Positions 9,386-17,341 of a stretch of DNA of 64,000 nucleotides are shown piece by piece. The notes beneath the pieces were generated by a model, which was not told the origin of the DNA, did no database searches, and worked only from the letters and a program-made list of their open reading frames with translations. Source of the DNA: Candidatus Limnocylindria bacterium (GTDB lineage Bacteria > Chloroflexota > Limnocylindria > Limnocylindrales > CSP1-4); assembly GCA_046566045.1 (NCBI GenBank), contig JBKHXL010000003.1:19740-83739 (forward strand), in the 5' to 3' direction. A program made the position numbers and the translations under genes. Numbering within the stretch: the first letter of the stretch is position 1; the number at the start of each line of letters is the position of its first letter.

Positions 9386-10324
9386 TCAATAGACCTGGCG
9401 GGTGCGGCGCACGAACTGTTCGCCGAGGATGTTGAGCACGAACGTGATGCCGAACAGGAGCAGGCCGAGGAAGAACAGGCTCTCGTAGGCGCCGTCGTCG
9501 CCGCGGACCTGGTCGCTGCCCGACGCCAGCGCGGTCATCGCCGCGGTGATGGTCTGGCCGGGGCCGAGCGGATCGAAGGTGCGCAGCGATCCGCCGGTGC
9601 CGCCGGCGGCGATCGCGACGACCATGGTCTCGCCGATGGCCCGCGACACGGCGATGATGAGGGCCGCGACGATGCCGGAGATCGCGGCCGGGAAGACCAC
9701 GCGGAGGGTCGTGGTCGCGCGCCGCGCGCCGAGCCCGTACGAGGCCTCGCGCAGGCTGACCGGCACGGCCCGCATGGCGTCCTCGGCGATCGAGGCGATG
9801 AGCGGGATGGTCAGGATGCCGACGCCGATGCCGGCGACCAGCAGGTTGAAGCCGGCCGCCGACGGGAAGACGGCCTGGACCACGGTGGGATTGATGAAGG
9901 TCAGGGCGAAGAAGCCAAGGACCACGCTGGGGATGCCGGCGAGGATCTCCAGGATGGGCTTGACCGCCTTCCGCGTGCTCGCGCTCGCGTACTCGGACAG
10001 GTAGATCGCCGCGCCGAGTCCCGCCGGGGTCGCCACCACCATCGCGATGCCCGCGACCATCACCGAGCCGATGAACACGGTCAGGATGTCGAACTGGCCG
10101 CGGCGCGGGAACCAGCCGTCGGCGACGAGGCTGCGGAGGTCGATGGCCGCCAGGAACGTGATGGCTTCGAACAGGACCGTGTACAGGATGAAGATCGTGA
10201 TCACGATCGACAGCGAGGCGGCGCCCAGGAACACGGTCCGGAAGATCCGCTCGCGGCGCCGTCGCCCCGGCGAGCCGGTCAGGAGCGGGACACCGGAGCC
10301 CGGTGTCAGGGTGGCCTGCGTCAT
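9386..10324 (-). CDS. pstC: phosphate ABC transporter permease PstC
   Basis: Multi-TM permease with the loop AEDAMRAVPVSLREASYGLGA. Located between pstS and pstA. Confidence 0.9.
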   Translation of the reverse strand: MTQATLTPGSGVPLLTGSPGRRRRERIFRTVFLGAASLSIVITIFILYTVLFEAITFLAAIDLRSLVADGWFPRRGQFDILTVFIGSVMVAGIAMVVATPAGLGAAIYLSEYASASTRKAVKPILEILAGIPSVVLGFFALTFINPTVVQAVFPSAAGFNLLVAGIGVGILTIPLIASIAEDAMRAVPVSLREASYGLGARRATTTLRVVFPAAISGIVAALIIAVSRAIGETMVVAIAAGGTGGSLRTFDPLGPGQTITAAMTALASGSDQVRGDDGAYESLFFLGLLLFGITFVLNILGEQFVRRTRQVY

Positions 10325-10390
10325 CAGCGCTCCACAGGATACGGCAACAGGCCGAGCCTTCGAGTCGGCTCGGCCTGTCGGCGCAGAGGG

Positions 10391-11470
10391 TTACTCGACA
10401 GTGGTCAGGATCGTGCGCGCGGTCCAGGCGGCCTGGCTCTCGGCCAGGACGTCCGGAGCGAGCGGCACGTACGGGACGGTCTCCAGGACGGTATCGATGA
10501 CGCCGTCCGCGAGGTAGTAGTCGACATAGGCGGCGACCGCCGGGTTCTCCGCGGCCTTGGCCACGTTCACGTAGATGAACAGGTCACGCGAGATCGGGTA
10601 GCTGTTGTCGGCGATGGTCTCCGGCGTCGGAGCGATGCAGCCATCGCCACCGTCCACCTCCAGCAGCTTCACGCGGCCGATGTTCTCCTCGGCGAAGGCG
10701 TAGCCGACCCAGCCCAGGGACGTCGGGCTGCCCGCGATGCCCTCGATGATCACGTTGTCGTTGGCCGAGGCGGTGTAGTCGGGGCGAGTCGTGGCGTCCT
10801 GGCCGCGATCCTCGTTGAACTCCTCGATGACGATCTCGACGAACGAGCCGAACGTGCCGGACTCCTCACCGGGCGCGGTGACGACGAGCGGTGCGTCGGG
10901 CAGCGTCGTGGTGGATCCAAGCTCGGTCGCGAGCGCCTGGGCGTCGCTCCAGTTGTCGAAGCCCTGGGACTCGGGTCCCAGCAGGGCGTACAGGTCGGCG
11001 AACGAGAGGCACGTCACCACGTCGTTCGCGGCGCTGGTGATGATCGACAGGCCGTCGATCGCGACCTTGATCTCGACCATCTCGACGCCGTTCGCGGCGC
11101 ACTGGTCGATCTCGGACTGCTTCACCCGTCGCGAGGCGTCGCTGATGTCGGTCTCGCCGGCGCAGAAGCGTTCGAAGCCGTCGCTCGTGCCGGGACCGGT
11201 CACCTCGATGGCGACGTCCGCGGAGACCTCCTCGTTGAAGAACTCGGCGACCAGCGCCGAGATGGGCTCGACCGTGGACGAGCCCGACACGATGACCTGG
11301 CCGGTCAGAGCCGGCGCGTCGCTCGGGGGGGCGTCGGTCGCCGCGCCGCCGTCGGTCGCAGCCGGGGGATCCGTCGGGGCCGTCGTCGCGCCGCCGCCAC
11401 TGCAGGCTCCGATGGCGAAGGCCGCCACCAGGGCGAGTGCGCCGAGGCGCCTGGTGTTCGTGATCGTCAC
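10391..11470 (-). CDS. pstS: phosphate-binding lipoprotein PstS
   Basis: Lipobox LVAAFAIGAC followed by an Ala/Thr/Asp/Pro linker, then a PBP fold with GSSTVEP and TGPGTSDG. AGGAGGA RBS. Confidence 0.9.
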   Translation of the reverse strand: MTITNTRRLGALALVAAFAIGACSGGGATTAPTDPPAATDGGAATDAPPSDAPALTGQVIVSGSSTVEPISALVAEFFNEEVSADVAIEVTGPGTSDGFERFCAGETDISDASRRVKQSEIDQCAANGVEMVEIKVAIDGLSIITSAANDVVTCLSFADLYALLGPESQGFDNWSDAQALATELGSTTTLPDAPLVVTAPGEESGTFGSFVEIVIEEFNEDRGQDATTRPDYTASANDNVIIEGIAGSPTSLGWVGYAFAEENIGRVKLLEVDGGDGCIAPTPETIADNSYPISRDLFIYVNVAKAAENPAVAAYVDYYLADGVIDTVLETVPYVPLAPDVLAESQAAWTARTILTTVE

Positions 11471-11583
11471 TCGATGTTCCTCCTAGGGTGCCGTGCCGCC
11501 ATGGCACGGGTGGTTGGGGACAGTCCTCCCTGTCTGACCGGGTCCAGCGTCGAGCGGGGGCATCAACGGGCCGTGTCCGCAGG

Positions 11584-11603
11584 GTTAAGGCTCCGTTAAC
11601 GGG
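11584..11603. promoter_or_regulatory. candidate Pho-box-like repeats upstream of pstS
   Basis: GTTAAG (11584) and GTTAAC (11595) are spaced 11 bp apart. The second lies inside the perfect palindrome CCGTTAACGG. The site is 115-130 nt upstream of the pstS ATG, in an AT-richer patch. Confidence 0.35.
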
Positions 11604-11632
11604 AGAGGCGAGCGGGGCTCATGGCGATCCGG

Positions 11633-13978
11633 TCAGTCGGCCAAGGACGAGTCGATGTCGCCCAGGCGCACGAACACCGTCTCGCCGTAGTTCTCGTCGA
11701 CCCCGTCGTTATCCGTGACGAGGTAGACCTGGCCGTCGGCGGCGACGCCGAGGCCCTCCACCTTGTCCGGGACCGAGATGCTTGCGGCGTCCAGGTCGGC
11801 GAGCACGTCGCGCAGCAGGGACTTGCCGACCGTCGGCAGCGTGCCGCCGTACGGCGCCCACGTCACCGATGCCGGGTCGACGGCGTAGATCCGCTTCACC
11901 GTCGCCCGCTGGCCGAGCTGGTTGTCACGCTCGATGATCGCGACCCGACCATCGGGCAGGGCCGTGATCTCCGACAGGCCGACGACGGCGCCGGCGTAGG
12001 CCGGAGCCGCGTCCAGGGCGTAGTGCGCGAACGTCCACGACCCGGTCGCCACCTCGAACCGGCCGAGCTTCACGGTGTTCGCAGGGTCCCCGGCCCACGG
12101 GCGCTGGATGGCCACCCAGACGACCTCGTCACCGGTCGCCGCGGTGCCGGTCACCGTGACGCCCTCGAAGCCGCTGCTGTTGGCCGTCGCGACCAGGCTG
12201 TCGGGCAGGGGATAGGCCCCGATGACCGTACCGGTCGGGTCGCTGCGGACGATCAGGTTCGGCCGGCTGCTGCCGGCGTTCGTGCGCCCCTCGGAGGCGA
12301 ACCAGAAGCCGCCCTCCGGCCGGGCGGCGACGCCCTCGAGGTCGTAGTCGCCGAACGCCTGCTGGAGCACGTCCGTGCCACCGATGGCGATGCGTTCGCG
12401 GATCGTCGCCGGCGTCGTGCTGGTGTCGATGCGGTACAGCCAGGCCTGGGCGAGGAACGAGTCGCTCACCGCCCAGAGGGTGTCCTCGTCGTGGGGATCG
12501 CCCGCCAGGCCGGACAGCGCGACCCATGGGATCGGGCTGCCGCCGTCGTCGTCGGCGCTCTGCACCTGCGGGTACGACCAGTCCGAGTCGGCGCCAGCCT
12601 GGAAGAGGGTGATCAGCGGCCGGGCGAGGAAGCCGTCGTCCGCGCCGTCGGTCTCCGAGGTGACGGCGAGCAACCCATCGGCGGTCAGCTTGAGGCCCTC
12701 TGGCCCGATGCCGGTCGGGAGCAGCTGGGTCAGTGTCGGCGTGCCCCTGGTCACGTCGTAGACGGCGACCGTGTTCGCCCGCTCCGAGGCGACGAAGAGG
12801 TAGGTCCGACCGTCGATGATGCCGACTTCCAGGCCTTCGGGCTCGTTGCCCTTGTTCTCGGCGCGGCCCTCCGGGAAGTGGCCGGCCCGCACGATCTCGC
12901 GCTCCAGGCGATGGCCGGCCTCGTACTGCACGCGACCGTTCCGGTCGAAGATCGTGAAGCTGCGGGAGCCGCCCTCGATGCCGTCGGCATCCTCGTAGTC
13001 GCCCTCGTTGGCCGTGGCGAAGCGCTTGTCGTCGATCCAGGCGACGGTGTCGGGCTCGCGCCGTCGATCGCCGATCGAGTCATCGAGCTCGATCAGGCCG
13101 TTGCCCTGCGGTCCGATCTCCTCCTCGGTGCCGTCCACCCCGTCGATGCTGGTGGCGCCCGCCGAGAAGTCGCGGATCACGCGGCCCCGGCGCAGGTCCA
13201 CGATCGCAAGGTGGTTGTTCTCCTGGAGCGAGACGACCGCCTCGTCCCTGTCGTTGATGTCCACGTACTCGGGCTCAGGATCGCCGGGCGCCACGTCGGC
13301 CAGGCCGGTCAGGTCGACCGGCCGGAGGAGCCAGGCGCCGGGATCGCCGGCCAGGTCGACGACCTGGAGGAAGCCCGCCGGAGCCTGGGGGATGAGCCCG
13401 TCGTCCTCGTCTTCGTCGCGCTCGTTCTCGATGGTGATGGCGGCGAATCGCCCGCTCGGCGCCACCGCGACGGAGTCCGGCTGACCGCCGAGGGCCACGG
13501 TCCGGACGATGGCGCGCGAGGCGATGTCGATGACCAGCAGATCCCCGGTCGGCGCGTCGAACTCGTTGAGCGGTCCGGCGCCGTCGGGGTCGACGCTCGT
13601 GACGACCGTGACCAGGGCCCAGTCCTCGTGGACGGCCACGCTCGTCGGTCCGCCCGGCAGGTCGAGGGCGCCCAGGGCGACCGGGACGGTCGGGTCGCTG
13701 ACATCGACGAAGCCGAGGCGACCGGTCAGGGAGTCCGTGTAGAGGAGCGTCTGCCCATCCGGAGTGGGATCCACGATCTCGGCCGAGGTCGGCGTGGTCT
13801 CCGGCTCGCCGAGGGGCAGGTTGTCGTCGACGAAGAAGCTGCCGACGTGGGCCACCGCCGTGCGTGCCGTCGGGCCCGCACCGGCGACCAGCGGGATCCC
13901 GGTCTGGGTGGCCGCGAACATGGCGGTCAGGACGAGTGGGACGACGGCGGCTCGGCCGCGGCGGTGGGTGGTGAGCAC
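11633..13978 (-). CDS. secreted two-domain beta-propeller protein (choice-of-anchor-I-like N-terminus plus phytase-like esterase C-terminus)
   Basis: N-terminal signal-like segment. The C-terminal half has motifs I associate with the 'esterase-like activity of phytase' family (FDLEGVA, FEGVTV, AIIERDN, KVEGLGV...VTDNDGVD). Confidence 0.7.
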   Translation of the reverse strand: MLTTHRRGRAAVVPLVLTAMFAATQTGIPLVAGAGPTARTAVAHVGSFFVDDNLPLGEPETTPTSAEIVDPTPDGQTLLYTDSLTGRLGFVDVSDPTVPVALGALDLPGGPTSVAVHEDWALVTVVTSVDPDGAGPLNEFDAPTGDLLVIDIASRAIVRTVALGGQPDSVAVAPSGRFAAITIENERDEDEDDGLIPQAPAGFLQVVDLAGDPGAWLLRPVDLTGLADVAPGDPEPEYVDINDRDEAVVSLQENNHLAIVDLRRGRVIRDFSAGATSIDGVDGTEEEIGPQGNGLIELDDSIGDRRREPDTVAWIDDKRFATANEGDYEDADGIEGGSRSFTIFDRNGRVQYEAGHRLEREIVRAGHFPEGRAENKGNEPEGLEVGIIDGRTYLFVASERANTVAVYDVTRGTPTLTQLLPTGIGPEGLKLTADGLLAVTSETDGADDGFLARPLITLFQAGADSDWSYPQVQSADDDGGSPIPWVALSGLAGDPHDEDTLWAVSDSFLAQAWLYRIDTSTTPATIRERIAIGGTDVLQQAFGDYDLEGVAARPEGGFWFASEGRTNAGSSRPNLIVRSDPTGTVIGAYPLPDSLVATANSSGFEGVTVTGTAATGDEVVWVAIQRPWAGDPANTVKLGRFEVATGSWTFAHYALDAAPAYAGAVVGLSEITALPDGRVAIIERDNQLGQRATVKRIYAVDPASVTWAPYGGTLPTVGKSLLRDVLADLDAASISVPDKVEGLGVAADGQVYLVTDNDGVDENYGETVFVRLGDIDSSLAD

Positions 13979-14128
13979 GGGGCAGCGCCTCCAAGCGGAT
14001 AGGACAGGACGGGCAGAGCGTGTGGTGCGCGGATCAACGCCACGCGAACGGACGGTTAAGCGCGGACGCCGTTCGACCGGCCGCGACCGCCGTCGCGGCG
14101 CGAGCGAGCCGCCGGGTCCGGAGCGGGC

Positions 14129-15928
14129 CTATGCGCCGATCCGCTTGTCGCCGGGCCCGGTCCGCCGGACCGCGATGACGGCCGGTCGCGGTGCCGAGCC
14201 GTCGTAATCGGGGAACCCCGAGGTCGGTGCGGGCTGGCCGCCGAGCACGCCACCCTCGCCTGGGTGCTGGACCGCGACCAGGAGCGTCCGCTCGTCATGG
14301 GTGAGCGTCGGTCCGCACGTCTCGGCGCCGCGCACCACCGACAGGAACTGGCGCAGGTAGCCTCGTTCCGGTCCTTCCACGGGACACGCGTACAGCGCGT
14401 CGTTGACGCCACCGAACGGCGAGCCCATCCCGTCCGTGGCGATCCAGAGATTCCCGGCTCGGTCGAACATGATGTTGTCCGGCGCGGCGATCGGACTGAC
14501 CGCGGACTCGTCGAACCCCGCGAAGTACGTTTCGTTCAGGAGCGGATCGGTGCTCCCCGGGTCGCCGCACAGCATGAACATCGACCAGGTGAAGGTGGTC
14601 GCACCGGCGTCGTTGTCGGCCTCGTGGAGCTCGATGATGTGCCCCGTCCGATTGTTGACCCGCGGGTTCGCCTCGTCGGTTCCCGGGTTCGCTCCGACGC
14701 CGCGGCTGGAGTTGTTCGTGAACACGGCGTAGACGGCGCCGGTGACGGGGTTCCGCTCGACGTCCTCGGGGCGAACCCGTTGGCGGCGGTCGATCGGCCG
14801 ACGCCGTGGACCAGCGGGAGCCACTCGCCCGAGAAGTCGTCATCGAACCGGGCGACGTACAGCGTTCCGGCATCGAGCAGATCCCGGTTGCGCTCGCGAT
14901 GTCCGACGGCCGGGTCGTAGCGGCCGGCCGAGACGAACTTGTAGAGGTACTCGAAGCGCTCGTCGTCGCCCGTGTACACGACCACGCGACGGTCGCTGGC
15001 CAGGGTGTGATGGGCGCCCTCGTGCTTCAGCCGGCCGAGCGCCGTCCGCTTGCGCGGGATCCAGTCCGGATCGTACGGGTCGATCTCGACGACCCAGCCG
15101 TGCCGGAACGCCTCGTTCGGTTCGGCGCCCACGTCCCAGCGCTCGTCGACCCGCTCCCACTTGCGCTCGCTGGCGCCCGCCGGGATGCGATAGCGGCCGT
15201 GCCAGGACTTGACCTTGCCGTCGTCCAGGGTCCCCGCGTTGGCGAAGTACTGGTTGAAGTTCTCCTCGGCCGTCAGGTACGTGCCCCACGGCGTCCAGCC
15301 GCCGGCGCAGTTGTTGAGCGTCCCCAGGACCATGGTCCCGGTCGGATCGGCGCCCGTGCGCAGGAGTGGGTCGCCCGCGGCCGGCCCGCTGATGCGCATC
15401 GGGGTGGTGCCCGTGATCCGTCGGTTGCGGGCGCCGATCACGGGTCGCCATCGGCCACCCCGCTCGACGATCTCGACGATCGACACCCCATGGGCGGCGA
15501 GCTCGATGTCGACGACGGTGCGGTGCTCGTCCAACGGTGCATCGGGCGACCAGGACGTCCCAGGCGTAGCCCTCGGGGATGTCGATCCTGTCGGTGGTCG
15601 ACAGCCCGATGGGCTGGAACGTCAAGCGCCTGGCCGGCTCGGGGGCGTCGACGGCCGAGTCGGTGCCAGGCCGATCGAGGCTGCGGGTGGCCGCCGCGGC
15701 ACCGGCGGGGAGCGCGACGACCAGGCTGGTGGATGCGAGGGCGCCCAGGAATGCGCGACGCGTCACCGCGCGCTCGAGGACGGCGGCGAACGTATCCGTC
15801 GCGCGCTCGTTGGGGGCATCGTGGTGGCAGGCACTCGCGCACTTGAACCGACAGTGCTGCATGCGCTGCGACGACGTCTCGACCATGGGCAGGAGCTGGT
15901 TCGTGGTGCGGGCTTCCGGAGACGACAT
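14129..15928 (-). pseudogene. phoX: phoX (DUF839 alkaline phosphatase) disrupted at two points
   Basis: PhoX-like sequence is spread over three ORFs (14840-15928, 14536-15534, 14129-14824). There is a Tat motif TRRAFLGAL, and IPEGYAWDVLV abuts ...DIELAAHGVSIVEI in another frame. The frame changes near 15540-15548 and near 14768-14772. Confidence 0.75.
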
Positions 15929-15944
15929 GCGCTTGCTCCTACGG

Positions 15945-16000
15945 GTATCGATGCGGTTGACCCGCCGAGCGTCATCGCTCGCCGTTATCGATGCATCAAC
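15945..16000. promoter_or_regulatory. direct repeat of TATCGATGC upstream of phoX
   Basis: TATCGATGC occurs at 15946-15954 and 15987-15995, 41 bp apart, flanked by GTTGA/TCAAC. The same 9-mer occurs in the ars operator at 5371-5379. Confidence 0.35.
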
Positions 16001-16027
16001 GGACTCCCAACGTTCGCTGCCACGCCG

Positions 16028-16765
16028 TCAGCGGGCGACCGGATCGAGCCGATAGCCGACCCCGCGGACGGTCACCAGGTGGACGGGAGCGTCCGGGTCG
16101 GGCTCCAGCTTCGAGCGCAGCCAGCGCACGTGGACGTCGACGGTGCGTGGATCGCCTGCGTGCTCCGGCCCCCAGATGCGATCGAGGATCTGGCGTCGCG
16201 TGTAGGCGCGGCCGGGGTGCGCCGCCAGCAGGGCCAGCAGCTGGAACTCCTTCGGCCGCAGATGGACCAGGCGCCCATCGCGCCGGACCTCGTGGGCGAC
16301 GAGGTCCAGGACGACATCCTCGGCCACGACCAGCTCGTGACGCGAAGGGGCGTGGGCGCGGGCCTCCAGGACGTCGATCCGCCCGATGAGCTCCGTGCTG
16401 TCGATCAGGTCCGTGACGGCGTCGTCGACACCGGCCGCGATGGCCGCCAGGCGTCCATCGACGTCCTCGACCCGGGTGACGTGGATGATCCGCAGGGTCG
16501 GCCGGCGACGGCGCTCGCGGAGTGCGAGATCCAGGTCGGCCGAGCTCGCCGGCGGGCTCTCCAGGATCGCGACCCGTGGGCGGCGTTCGGCGAGGGCGGT
16601 CGCGAACGCCGCCGGATCGCCGGTCACGTGGAGTCGCGATGCAGCGGCTCCGTCCGCGATCGACAGGGTCGGGCCGCTCGTCGCGAGCGCCAGCCATCGG
16701 CATCGCTCCGGGGTCTCAGCGACGGGGTCGACGATGCGCCGGGTCCGTGTGGGCATGCCCGCCAC
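16028..16765 (-). CDS. OmpR/PhoB-family winged-helix regulator with an aspartate-less (atypical) receiver domain
   Basis: The C-terminus is classical (LRPKEFQLLALLAAHPGRAYTRRQILDRIW...DVHVRWLRSKL...VRGVGYRL). The receiver-like N-terminus has TS in place of the acidic pair, E in place of the phospho-Asp (VAILESPP), and no conserved Lys. Confidence 0.8.
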   Translation of the reverse strand: MAGMPTRTRRIVDPVAETPERCRWLALATSGPTLSIADGAAASRLHVTGDPAAFATALAERRPRVAILESPPASSADLDLALRERRRRPTLRIIHVTRVEDVDGRLAAIAAGVDDAVTDLIDSTELIGRIDVLEARAHAPSRHELVVAEDVVLDLVAHEVRRDGRLVHLRPKEFQLLALLAAHPGRAYTRRQILDRIWGPEHAGDPRTVDVHVRWLRSKLEPDPDAPVHLVTVRGVGYRLDPVAR

Positions 16766-16828
16766 GGTGGCAACAGGGCGCTAACCGGATGTTGTGATGT
16801 CGTTAACGACTCGTTCCGGTCGGCGGAG

Positions 16829-17200
16829 TCAGCCGAGGCGACCGACGACCAGGCCGAGCACGACGGCGCCCATCCCGAGCGCCACCGGGCCGAGGAGGTT
16901 CAATGCCGCCAGGCCGACGGCGCCCGTCTCGACGAGTCGCCACGACTCGAGCATGTAGGTCGAGAAGGTCGTGTACGCGCCCAGGAACCCGATGAGCACG
17001 GGCCCGCGGATGTCCGCCGGCAGGATCCCGCGCTCGGCGGTCAGCGCGACGAGCAGGCCGAGCACGAACGAACCGGTGAGGTTGACCACGAGCGTCCCGA
17101 ACGGGAACGCCTGACCAGTTCGTGTGGTGATCTCGGTGTCGACAAGGTGGCGGGCGATCGCGCCGGCGAAGCCACCGACGCCGATGAGGATGAGTGTCAT
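16829..17200 (-). CDS. crcB: fluoride ion channel CrcB/FluC
   Basis: 123-aa four-TM protein with GTLVVNLTGSF and GFLGAYTTFSTY motifs. ATG at 17200 is preceded by GGAGGG. The remainder of ORF 16829-18220 is not coding. Confidence 0.9.
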   Translation of the reverse strand: MTLILIGVGGFAGAIARHLVDTEITTRTGQAFPFGTLVVNLTGSFVLGLLVALTAERGILPADIRGPVLIGFLGAYTTFSTYMLESWRLVETGAVGLAALNLLGPVALGMGAVVLGLVVGRLG

Positions 17201-17341
17201 GTCCCTCCTGTGCTCGCCAAGCATGCCCGACGGCCGCGTCCGGCGTCTCGCCGACCGGCGCATCGGCGACTCGACCGCAGCGCGCGGTTCTGCCACCATC
17301 ACGTCCCGAGGGTCATCGATCCGAAGCGAGGGAACGCACGC

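Noticed and set aside
9119-11599. Very long ORFs antisense to well-supported genes: 9119-11599 (+), 11621-14002 (+), 20825-23575 (+), 23598-26162 (-), 53856-57125 (-) and 39560-40159 (-), plus many shorter ones.
   Set aside because: These are mirror ORFs, which are expected when stop codons are rare in GC-rich DNA. Their products are Arg/Gly/Pro/Asp/His-rich with no motifs, while the opposite strand encodes proteins with clear family signatures.
14129-15928. Programmed ribosomal frameshifting as an explanation for the three-frame phoX.
   Set aside because: There is no slippery heptamer or downstream structure at either junction. Conserved residues appear to be missing at both junctions, which points to deletions or assembly error rather than recoding.
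17201-17341. Possible fluoride riboswitch in the crcB leader. The minus strand reads ...GACGUGAUGGUGGCAGAACCGCGCGCUGCGG...GCCGAUGCGCC....
   Set aside because: It shares GAUG, AAC and GAUG fragments with the crcB motif. It lacks the 5' GGCG / internal CGCC pseudoknot elements and the ...CUGAUGA...CCUAC 3' half in the correct register. I cannot fold it convincingly by hand. An Infernal scan with the fluoride riboswitch model would settle the question.
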